From positions 14,729-31,561 of the forward strand of contig JABXKD010000043.1 in the NCBI GenBank assembly GCA_013375475.1: 16,833 bases of DNA. The letters are read 5' to 3'. Position numbers and translations under genes: made by a program. Source of the DNA: Promethearchaeota archaeon (GTDB taxonomy: Archaea; Asgardarchaeota; Lokiarchaeia; Sigyniarchaeales; SOKP01). Within the stretch, counting starts at the first letter, position 1. Every line of letters starts with the position of its first letter. The notes below the pieces were generated by a model. That model was given only the letters and a program-made list of their open reading frames with translations, did not search any database and was not told where the DNA came from. This document shows, one piece after another, positions 8,601 to 16,341 of this stretch.

Positions 8601-10586
8601 GTTCTACAAATGACAGAAAATCAAAAAGAAGAAGCTTTCAGAATAATGGAAAACGCAGAAGAGTTATTAAAGCAGGGGAATTATGAACAAGCAATTGATA
8701 ACTATTATCAAGCAGAGCTAATTTTAATTCAAATCAACTTTCCAACAGATCTTGTTAAGGATGCGATAAGTAAAATACAAGAAGAGAAGAGAAAAGCAGA
8801 TTTAGCAAAACAACAAGAGTTAGAAGCTAAACTTAGAAAAGAAGAAGACGAAAGACAATTCCTACAAGCAATTACAAATAAAATGAAGTTTGAGGACGAC
8901 CAAATGAGAGCTAAGCAAGTCAAAATTAAAAAGCAAGAGGAATTAAAAGCTTACCTAGAAAAACGTAAAGAAGTTGCTTTTGAATTAATAGATGAAGCAG
9001 ATAATTTAGTAAAACGAGGAAATTACGATAAGGCACTTGAATACTATAGAAGCGTCGAATTAGTACTAAGCGAAATAAACTATCCAACCAATTCAATTAA
9101 AGAGCAAATTGTTAAAGTTAAGGAAAGAAAAAGAAGCGAGGAATTACAAAAACAGAAAGAACTCGAAACTAAGCTACAAAAAGATAGAGAAGAGTTCGGA
9201 TTTCAGAGGAAAATTGCTGGAGATTTAATTAAAGAAAAGAAGCGTTTAAAATTGAAGCAAATAGCTATAGAAAAGCGCACATTAACTCTCGAAAATATTA
9301 ATAGGAAAAAAGATGATGCGTTTAGAATCTTAGACGATGCAGAGCGCCATATTAAAAATTCGGAATTTGAACTTGCATTATTGAGTTATCGAAAAGCAAT
9401 GCTAATTTTAAATGAAATCCAATTCCCAACAGACTCAATTAACGAAATGATAACAAAGGTAAGCAATCTTAAGTCAAAAAAAGGCCAAGAAGCCCAACAC
9501 GTATTAAAAAGAGAGCTAGTAAGACTAAAAGAAGAGAAATCCCTAGAAACAATAATCGAAGAAAGACGAAAGCAAGAAAGAGAGAAAAAGATCGCTCAAC
9601 AGATCGCATTACAGCAAAGAGAAAAAACCGTGCAAGATCAACTTACTTACAGAGAAGCCGCTTATTCTTTTCTTGAAGACGGAGGAAAATTCCTTAAAGG
9701 AAGGTCGCCTGATTACGATAAAGCAATATCTTTATATATACAGGCTAGAAATTTGCTCGCTGAAAAAATTGGATGGGAGCCCGAAATCAATAACTTGAAT
9801 ATACTAATTAATGATTTAGTTCGTGAGAAAGATAAATATAGAGAGAAGAAAAAGTTAGAAGCAGAAACCAGAATTAAAAGGCAACAAGAATATGAACTGT
9901 TTCGACAGCAAATTCAAAAGCAACAATTGGAAAACGAACTCAACAAGCGAGAACAACAAAAAAAGTTAAGGAAATTATACGAAGATCAAAAATATGCAGC
10001 AATAACTAAGGAGGAGGGCTTAAGTTTAATAGATGAGGGAAAGGAGCTAGCGATGAAATATAATTTCGATGATGCTTATAAAAAGTTTAATCGCGCGATT
10101 CAAAAATTCAACGAGATTGGTTGGAGTGAACAAACGAAGTATATTGAGAAAGAGATTGAAAATACAAAGATTTTCGAACAACAGGTAAGAGAAAATGATA
10201 TCAAAATCCAAAAAATACATAAAGAATTAGAGATTAAAAAAAGAGATGAAGAACGCCTAAGTAAAATAGCTGAGAGTAAATTAAAAGTAACTATTAAAGA
10301 AGTAGGTGATTTAGCTGGTGAAGTCTCGCAACTTATCAAAACTAAAAAAGAACGAGATGAAATTAAAAAAAAACAGAAAAAAGAAAAACTAATATCAGAA
10401 TCTAAACAATTTAAACGAGATATGAAAGATTTAATTAATTTGAAAGAAGAGCTTAAGAGAGAACTGTCAGAGGCAAAGAAAGATGAGGAAAAACGGAAAA
10501 AGGAGCTAGAAATAGCTAAAGATAAAGAAAAGGCGGATGAGATTAAGAAAATGCTTAAGGATATATCAAAAAAAAAATCGACCTAA
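5655..10586 (+). CDS. 1643-aa protein with about 14 MIT/TPR-like helical modules separated by long E/K/R/Q-rich coiled-coil linkers
   Basis: The motif AFxxLDxAxxxxxxxx(Y/F)(D/E)xAIxxYxxAxxx(F/L)xxIx(W/F) was counted 14 times by eye, roughly every 100-125 aa. Linkers are highly charged and helical. No signal peptide or transmembrane segment is apparent. Confidence 0.85.
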   Translation: MEGKEELAQEALRYLSIAQNFEEGKDFEKAIENYHIAADYLKSSGYLINKIGDIYSRIEDLKEFAKQEKIYNQASVKSQIEQMQDEAFSLLDGAQKLESDGFLEDAIDQYMSAIKLLVQAGWSETQLGDLKTKLSQIAGKIEQGNLVKKQRSSETQQPMTASREVKPQVLSAFGEKNSAAKEEELKKYKEMKEQEERIQNEAFTFIDNAKFFENDRKFDKAIENYQNAVNLLESIGWQDQTQNIILIINKLKKEKSEYEKFKAQKLAKPTIIEERSKEEVIDIEEIRRDEENKQFAAFNLVDIGKKLEREKKYDQAITNFEKAIKLFKSIEWDSYIQPVKGFIKNVKEKQENEEKTEELTVKRESELKNLQDTIYLKEREEIIQTARELDQKRLEHEQKRREEARREEQFFTVLDEADKLLKENRAFSEATKKYTEALDLLTKLGAGWESHATTIKNTISSIKKIQETQIEKELEEQKKLEQRKKLDLDFQQQTSIQLAKEREKIKQRESALQVRRDEIEYREKQKEAAFKALDAAEDYIKQSELDKAITAYQTAGNIFASIQWNEELHLIENSIRDLEIRKRDQAIAEQKEMQKSIEKYKTDQQFQEHMSKQLQQERERLRKKEIRLRDQKAELEYREKRKEYAFRILDEAQPFLEKGDYEKTIEIYQEVTNIFAGIQWYDEMERIGNAIIEIENKKRNAEIKKQREIEKQINREREDREFQEKVISEMKIKRDQLKQREAVKKKREDEISFRETQKQEAFRTLDEAQNYLSLGKFDLAIDKYREVNGIFAQIQWLEEIPLINQTINQIENKRKEEEFRKQREFEQIIKEEAENQKFLDNIKIQRKREQLKILKIRESEEQKREFSAQHLTLQNNAFKMIEDADEYLKRENFEEALGAYQNALNVLENIGWTGNYITLLKDSIQSVQFKKREKEQSVLLEKEKLRRQWEEEREFEQEVAHNLQKEKERMIAKKIELLKKEEVLQMTENQKEEAFRIMENAEELLKQGNYEQAIDNYYQAELILIQINFPTDLVKDAISKIQEEKRKADLAKQQELEAKLRKEEDERQFLQAITNKMKFEDDQMRAKQVKIKKQEELKAYLEKRKEVAFELIDEADNLVKRGNYDKALEYYRSVELVLSEINYPTNSIKEQIVKVKERKRSEELQKQKELETKLQKDREEFGFQRKIAGDLIKEKKRLKLKQIAIEKRTLTLENINRKKDDAFRILDDAERHIKNSEFELALLSYRKAMLILNEIQFPTDSINEMITKVSNLKSKKGQEAQHVLKRELVRLKEEKSLETIIEERRKQEREKKIAQQIALQQREKTVQDQLTYREAAYSFLEDGGKFLKGRSPDYDKAISLYIQARNLLAEKIGWEPEINNLNILINDLVREKDKYREKKKLEAETRIKRQQEYELFRQQIQKQQLENELNKREQQKKLRKLYEDQKYAAITKEEGLSLIDEGKELAMKYNFDDAYKKFNRAIQKFNEIGWSEQTKYIEKEIENTKIFEQQVRENDIKIQKIHKELEIKKRDEERLSKIAESKLKVTIKEVGDLAGEVSQLIKTKKERDEIKKKQKKEKLISESKQFKRDMKDLINLKEELKRELSEAKKDEEKRKKELEIAKDKEKADEIKKMLKDISKKKST

Positions 10587-10587
10587 A

Positions 10588-12114
10588 TTAATTTACCCTA
10601 TCTCTTTTCTTTATATTCAAACGCAATTTTACAATATAGACTAAACTAACGATACTAATCCCGAATAAGAATAAAAAAATAATATTTCTATATTCAGGAA
10701 CTAATCGTATTAAAAAATTACCTGCTCCCAGTTGAATTGATTTTACTACCAAGAAATAATTTTGTTCTACCTCACAGAAAATCCCCATTCTTTTTGTTAA
10801 GCTTTCTTGAACGAGTTGATTGACAGTATTAGATACAAGACTCGGTATTCCATAATTGTTTGGTTCCATTTTATACAAATACATCTCTGCATGTACCAAA
10901 TTCAGCTGAACTAATTCAAAATAGTAGTAATTTGGTTTAAGGCTAATGGGTAAACAAAACACAGTATAGTTTTGAGTGAGAGAAACTGCAATTTCTGTAC
11001 TGCCGTTTATTAAAACTGGAGTATTTAACGATTCTAATGCAGCGTAACCTTGAATAACACCCCATCCTTGCGTGTTATCTTGAACTAATCTTGGATTTTT
11101 AGTCTTATATGAAGTTAACGAGAGGATGTTTTTAAGATCTAAAGGAGTTAAAGTCCCTTTCTTTTCTAACATTAACGCTGCTAATCCCGACACAAATGGT
11201 GCCGCTCCTGATGTTCCTGAACCAAAAGCATAATCATCTGGAAAGTCTGTATCCGCACCATATATGCTAACAGCGGGAGCACATACATCAGGTTTTTTTG
11301 TGAATTCAAAACTTGGACCTTTCGAGCTAAGTTGATACATTTCTCCATCATAATCAACCCCACCAACAGCAACTACTTTTTTCTCAGAAGCAGGAGAGTT
11401 AATAGTTCCGATTCCATCGGACGGATCTCCATCGTTACCGGCCGCAGCTACTACTAAAATTCCATTATCAACAAGCTTTCTAACAATTTGTTGAAGATTA
11501 ATTATTTCAAACAGTTTATCTGCTTCTGGTTTTGCTCCAAAACTCATACTGACGATCCTAATATCGTAAATATCCTTATTTTGAAGTATCCAATTTATGG
11601 CATTTTCGAAAACGGAAACATTTGTTTCCCCAATACTATCAAAAATTCTTAAAATAACTAAGTTTACTCCTGGCGCTACACCTTGATAGTCGCTACAATT
11701 TCCTCCCAATATAGACGCAACCCATGTTCCGTGCCCGTTATTATCTTGAGGGATATCTGATGAATTTGTTATTAAATCGTAGTATTTTATAATCCGATCA
11801 GACCATAGTTTTTTACCATCGTTAGTAAAAGCACTATGATTTCCAAAGATACCAGTATCTATCACTGCAACTGTAATATTTTTTCCTGTTAGTCCGTTCT
11901 CCCATAAGCTATCTTGTAAGCCAATATAATCTTGCGCGTTATAAGTAGAACTAATTTCTATTTTACTTGAATAATAATTAAAACTGTTACTCCTATTATT
12001 ATCATTTTGAAATGAGTCAATAACTTGAATCTCATAATAGTTGGTAGCAAGAAATACAATTTGATTTATCGGAAGCGCAATAATAACTAAAAATACAATA
12101 ATTAGCTTTTTCAA
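10588..12114 (-). CDS. S8 (subtilisin-like) serine protease, exported, with a C-terminal membrane anchor
   Basis: Catalytic motifs VAVIDTG (Asp), NGHGTWVAS (His), AAAGN (oxyanion Asn) and GTSGAAPFVSG (Ser). N-terminal signal-like MKKLIIVFLVIIAL and C-terminal hydrophobic IIFLFLFGISIVSLVYIV followed by a basic tail. TTG start. Confidence 0.93.
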   Translation of the reverse strand: MKKLIIVFLVIIALPINQIVFLATNYYEIQVIDSFQNDNNRSNSFNYYSSKIEISSTYNAQDYIGLQDSLWENGLTGKNITVAVIDTGIFGNHSAFTNDGKKLWSDRIIKYYDLITNSSDIPQDNNGHGTWVASILGGNCSDYQGVAPGVNLVILRIFDSIGETNVSVFENAINWILQNKDIYDIRIVSMSFGAKPEADKLFEIINLQQIVRKLVDNGILVVAAAGNDGDPSDGIGTINSPASEKKVVAVGGVDYDGEMYQLSSKGPSFEFTKKPDVCAPAVSIYGADTDFPDDYAFGSGTSGAAPFVSGLAALMLEKKGTLTPLDLKNILSLTSYKTKNPRLVQDNTQGWGVIQGYAALESLNTPVLINGSTEIAVSLTQNYTVFCLPISLKPNYYYFELVQLNLVHAEMYLYKMEPNNYGIPSLVSNTVNQLVQESLTKRMGIFCEVEQNYFLVVKSIQLGAGNFLIRLVPEYRNIIFLFLFGISIVSLVYIVKLRLNIKKRDRVN

Positions 12115-12191
12115 AAAGAAACACTAAAAGAATTTAAATTTTCTTGAAGAATAAATTATATATATTATAATATAATTTAGGGATATTTAAA

Positions 12192-13769
12192 ATGACAGTA
12201 GACAAGGAAGATATCAAAAAATCACGGATGTACGCCCGTCAACAGTTAATAGACGGGTGGGATCAAGAAATTGTTAGTGAAGGATGCGTAATGATCGTAG
12301 GTGTTGGAGCTTTAGGTTGCGAGATAGCTAAAGATTTCGCCTTAATGGGAATAGGAAAAGTAGTTTTAGTGGATTTAGACACCATTGAAACCTCTAACCT
12401 TTCACGTCAAATGCTATTCAAACCTGGTGACGAGGGTCGTCCTAAAGCAGAAGTCGCCGCAGAAAGGTTAAGAGATATGAATCCCTTTTTAAAAGTCGAC
12501 TTTTATTTTGAAAAGCTTCAAAAATTACCGATGTCAGTGTACGAAGAATGTGACATTGTTATTGCTGCATTAGATAACTTTAACGCAAGGCTAGATTTAA
12601 ATAAAATATGTTTAAGACTAAAAAAGCCAATGGTTGAAGGTGGAACAGTAGGATTTGAAGGGCACGTTCAAGTAGTTATTCCAGAAGGATCTAAACTCGA
12701 GTATAAAAATCGAGAAAATGAAATCGAAAAAATTGTAGAAACTAAAATGTGGGAATACGACAATCCAGAGTATTTAGATGCACAGAAAGAAATAGAGCAG
12801 TTAGAATACCTTATTGAAAGGTTGAGGATTGAAAAATTAGAGCCTTTTAAAAAACTTGTTAGAAAACAAGTCGAAGAAGATTTTGATAAAAAATACGCAA
12901 AGGATTTATTGGACATTACTCCTTGTTATCGTTGTTTGGTTCCCATCCCCCCTGCTGACGATAAGTTGGTAGCCGCGTGCACTTTAAAGGGACTTCCGAG
13001 AAATAGAAACCATTGTGTTATAAAAGCAGAAGTAACCTTCGAGAAAGAACACGGTTTTAAACCTGATATGAATGTAGACGACGATGTGGTAAAATTGATG
13101 GCATTATCACAAAAGGAGTTAGAAGAATTACGAACAAGAGTCTTTAATGAGAATGTTTCACCGGAAAAATTAGAAACTCTCAGTGATGAAGAAATTCAAG
13201 AATGGAAAGATAACATTAAAGAAACATTTGGTGCTAATTACAAGTTCGAAGAAATGGAGAATATTTTAGGAAATAAAATTGCAGCGATTCAATCGGTCAG
13301 CTCTGTTATTTCGAGCATACAATCCCAAGAAGCCTTAAAATTATTGTTTCGATTACACGGTAGAAATATTGGCCCTCCAATGGATCCTCCTTATGTTAAT
13401 TATAATGGTGTATATGGTCAATTTGATCATTTAGATATTACTAAAAGAGACGATTGCCTTGCATGTGGGAAGATTGAAGGTGAGGAGAATGTGCAAATTG
13501 TTGTTCCATTTGACGCTGACGTAGGATATATATTCAAAGCTATGAGAATAACAGGCTATGAATTGGAACCTATTTTATGGATGATTACTAATCCAGTTAA
13601 TAAAGAGATGTTTTGGAATCCCTATATGAGTGGAGAGTTTAAAGATCCGAGCATAAAATTAACAGCCCTTAAAATTAAAAGCAATGATATAATCACCCTT
13701 ACACCTTTAGGCAAAGCGAAGGTAGAATCAGAGATCAAAAAGTATAATGTAATAATAACCTACATGTAA
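12192..13769 (+). CDS. Ubiquitin/UBL-activating enzyme E1 (ThiF/MoeB fold with a eukaryote-like catalytic-Cys domain and a C-terminal extension)
   Basis: Adenylation motifs YARQ, VGVGALGCE, DLDTIETSNLSRQMLF, KAEVAA and ALDNFNAR. Zn ligands PCYRC and DCLAC. Catalytic-Cys motif CTLKGLPRNRNHC (Cys codon 12978-12980). Confidence 0.93.
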   Translation: MTVDKEDIKKSRMYARQQLIDGWDQEIVSEGCVMIVGVGALGCEIAKDFALMGIGKVVLVDLDTIETSNLSRQMLFKPGDEGRPKAEVAAERLRDMNPFLKVDFYFEKLQKLPMSVYEECDIVIAALDNFNARLDLNKICLRLKKPMVEGGTVGFEGHVQVVIPEGSKLEYKNRENEIEKIVETKMWEYDNPEYLDAQKEIEQLEYLIERLRIEKLEPFKKLVRKQVEEDFDKKYAKDLLDITPCYRCLVPIPPADDKLVAACTLKGLPRNRNHCVIKAEVTFEKEHGFKPDMNVDDDVVKLMALSQKELEELRTRVFNENVSPEKLETLSDEEIQEWKDNIKETFGANYKFEEMENILGNKIAAIQSVSSVISSIQSQEALKLLFRLHGRNIGPPMDPPYVNYNGVYGQFDHLDITKRDDCLACGKIEGEENVQIVVPFDADVGYIFKAMRITGYELEPILWMITNPVNKEMFWNPYMSGEFKDPSIKLTALKIKSNDIITLTPLGKAKVESEIKKYNVIITYM

Positions 13770-13791
13770 TGTTTCTCTGTTGATAATTTTT

Positions 13792-14409
13792 TTAATTTTT
13801 TCTAACTTTCTTGATTAAGTTGATAAGATCACCAATTTTGTATGATTCAATTCCAGCATTCCCACCAGCGACTAAATCCATTTTTAAATCTCCAAAATAA
13901 ATCATGTGTTCTTTGAGTACTTGAAAATGATCCCGAATTTTTAATAATCCCTCTGGATTGGGTTTCCACGCTCTTACATCTTCACGTCCGATATAGAATT
14001 CAAATTTATTAACTACTCCGGCTATTTGTAGTGATTTGATAATAGTAGATTTCGTGTTGAGAGAAAATACTGCTAACTTTACTGCCGAGTTCACTCCAAA
14101 TAATTCTTTGTTGTTAACAAAATAGATAACATCCTCAATAGGCTCGTTCTTTGTTATATTTTCGTTTTCGTATTTTTGCATTATGCTAAAATTATGATAT
14201 AGTTCCTCTTCGTCTCCTCTAGCAATAATGTCACTTAGAAGATCAGACATCCTATGAAAATGGCCTTTTTCTTTATACTTTTCACAATAACGTGTATTTA
14301 ATAGTTTTCTTAAAGAATGCCAATCTGCCGCTAATCTAACAATCGTACCGTCTAAATCGAACACAATTACTTTTTTGCTTTTAAGGGAAGAAGCATCCAT
14401 TATGGTCAA
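13792..14409 (-). CDS. HAD-superfamily hydrolase (phosphoglycolate-phosphatase-like)
   Basis: Motif I FDLDGT, motif II SLN, motif III KPNP and motif IV GDLKMD followed by GGNAG. The start may be TTG 14409 or ATG 14400. Confidence 0.88.
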   Translation of the reverse strand: MTIMDASSLKSKKVIVFDLDGTIVRLAADWHSLRKLLNTRYCEKYKEKGHFHRMSDLLSDIIARGDEEELYHNFSIMQKYENENITKNEPIEDVIYFVNNKELFGVNSAVKLAVFSLNTKSTIIKSLQIAGVVNKFEFYIGREDVRAWKPNPEGLLKIRDHFQVLKEHMIYFGDLKMDLVAGGNAGIESYKIGDLINLIKKVRKN

Positions 14410-14490
14410 ATACAGTTAAAGTAAGTTCTATGAATAGTTAAAATAAGAAGATATCGAAGTTAAGGTTTGGTAATAGATTTTACATACGGT

Positions 14491-15372
14491 TTACAATCGC
14501 GAATAATACATAGCTTTATAACCTATTTTATGAAAGGGACACTCCTTGATACACACACTGCAGCCAGTAGTTTCGTAAAAGTATTCAATGCATTTATCAC
14601 CATCAATTCGAGTTACCGTTCCATTTTCTTTATTAATAGGCTCGTTGTAAATAGCGCTCACAGGACACATTAACACACACCTCCTATATTTTCTACAATA
14701 TGTCTCAATTTCAAATTCAACTTCGGATCTTTCTGGAAGAGGAGATATATTTGCTGATATAACTGACAATCTCTGTCTAGGTCCAAATTTCTTTGTTATC
14801 AAAAGTCCTTGTCTTCCAATTTGCCCTAAACCTGCTTTTACCGCCATAGCAGGGTAAAGTATTGGGTCGCCAAGAGGATGACACGCAATCGCCCTATACC
14901 CCTTAGATCGAATAAACTCCGTTAATTTATTAGTAGCCTCTCCTAACTCTGCGTAAATATTCATTGACTCCGCTCCAGCTGGAAATTCAGGAGCAGTTTC
15001 GATGGCATCGTAATCCATTTCCATACCGAGAACAATAGCATTTTGGTACAAAACCTCAATCCCTCCTACATGGTCCTCTTCAAATATTAAATTTTCATCT
15101 TTAGGCGCAAATCCTATTAGATCGATACCTAAGTTTTTTGCTTGTTCCTCAACTTCATTCCAAAACTCTTTAGGTGCAATTTGAATTTCTTCTGGGAGCT
15201 CTGCAATTTCTCTTTTATAACCTGAAATTGCTTTGGGAACCGTTTTAAAGACTTTAGGCATTATTTTTTTCATTTTATCTGATGAGGAGCCTTCAATGTT
15301 CGTTATATCGAATTTATTAAGTTCAATTAACCGCGATTTCAACCCCTTCGACTTTTTTAACAAACCTAACAC
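14491..15372 (-). CDS. Reductive dehalogenase/epoxyqueuosine reductase-like cobalamin-dependent Fe-S protein
   Basis: AKNLGIDLIGFA, NAIVLGMEMD, FIRSKGYRA and AVKAGLGQIGRQGLLITKKFGPRQRL match the RdhA/QueG core. Fe-S motifs are CRKYRRCVLMCP (variant) and C..CSVCIKECPF. No twin-arginine signal is seen, and the start (GTG) is uncertain. Confidence 0.82.
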   Translation of the reverse strand: MLGLLKKSKGLKSRLIELNKFDITNIEGSSSDKMKKIMPKVFKTVPKAISGYKREIAELPEEIQIAPKEFWNEVEEQAKNLGIDLIGFAPKDENLIFEEDHVGGIEVLYQNAIVLGMEMDYDAIETAPEFPAGAESMNIYAELGEATNKLTEFIRSKGYRAIACHPLGDPILYPAMAVKAGLGQIGRQGLLITKKFGPRQRLSVISANISPLPERSEVEFEIETYCRKYRRCVLMCPVSAIYNEPINKENGTVTRIDGDKCIEYFYETTGCSVCIKECPFHKIGYKAMYYSRL

Positions 15373-15496
15373 CTAAGAATTAATATTAAGCTTTAATTCA
15401 CTCAATTTTATAAACCTTATTGTTATACATGCTGAAGTAATATCCTTATAAAATCTTCTACATTAATTCTATAGAACATAAATCGAGGTCAAAATT

Positions 15497-15688
15497 ATGC
15501 CAAATATAACCATTGATGGACCAAAAATTGAAAATATAGAAATTAAAAGAGTTTTAATTCAAGAAATCACAGACTCAATAGAAAAAGCTTACAAAATCCC
15601 AAGAGACCATATAATCGTAGTAATCAAAGAAAACTCACCTGAGAATGTTGGAGTCGCCGGGAAACTTATTGCTGACATGAGAAGATAA
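15497..15688 (+). CDS. 4-oxalocrotonate tautomerase family protein (DmpI-like)
   Basis: 63 aa with catalytic Pro1 after Met removal (MPNITI), KRVLIQEIT and IVVIKENSPENVGVAG. GAGGT RBS at 15485-15489. Confidence 0.9.
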   Translation: MPNITIDGPKIENIEIKRVLIQEITDSIEKAYKIPRDHIIVVIKENSPENVGVAGKLIADMRR

Positions 15689-15770
15689 AAAAATGTACAT
15701 CAAAAATTTTTCTTATTTCCTTTTTTCATTAAATACCTCAATCTTGGAATTAAAAATATAATTTAATGTC

Positions 15771-16238
15771 ATGCGAGATAAGAGATTTGTAGCAGAACAT
15801 CGTGGTGGACTCCTAAAAAAGGAGCAGCACCGCCAATTAATGCAGTGGGGTTGTGATTGTGCTGAAAATGTATTATCCCTCTTCGGTAAAGAAATGGATA
15901 AACGACTAGGATATGCTATCACAGTGGCTAAAGAATGGATAAATGGAAACGCTTCGGTAGGGAATGCAAGAGATGCTTCATTAGGTGCACATTTGGTGGC
16001 AAGAGAATCCACTGATCCAACTTCGATAGCGGTTGCACGTTCTGTTGGACATGCTGTTGCAACAGCTCATATGGCTGATCATTCATTAGGAGCCGCGTTA
16101 TATGCATTAAAGGCCGTTAAAAGTGCAGGTAAGTCTATTGAGGTCGAGAGAAACTGGCAGAATGAAAAATTACCCGTTGAAATTATGGAGCTTGTAAAAA
16201 CTGCAAGAAATAAGAAAGAGAAAGCTTTGAAGATATGA
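15771..16238 (+). CDS. Imm5-like putative immunity-family helical protein
   Basis: HRQLMQWGCDCAENVL, ARDASLGAHLVARE, ARSVGHAVATAHMADHSLGAALYALKAV and ERNWQ match my recollection of the Imm5-like family pattern. Not verified by a search. Confidence 0.7.
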   Translation: MRDKRFVAEHRGGLLKKEQHRQLMQWGCDCAENVLSLFGKEMDKRLGYAITVAKEWINGNASVGNARDASLGAHLVARESTDPTSIAVARSVGHAVATAHMADHSLGAALYALKAVKSAGKSIEVERNWQNEKLPVEIMELVKTARNKKEKALKI

Positions 16239-16341
16239 CATTATATAATAAGTTCATAAAACTACCATATGTGTCTATACAACCTTGAATAAATAATTTA
16301 GTTTAGTACAAAAAATAAGGGATAAAAAAGAGTAATTAATC

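Noticed and set aside
12690-12917. E1 insertion as an intron or intein
   Set aside because: The frame is open with a protein-like heptad pattern, I found no in-frame BHB register, and there are no intein termini such as a C-terminal HN.
1144-16012. Other short ORF-track entries (1144, 1942, 3994, 5167, 7620, 8729, 10100, 11181, 12668, 14467, 15713)
   Set aside because: Each overlaps a longer motif-supported CDS on the opposite strand or in another frame and has no family features.
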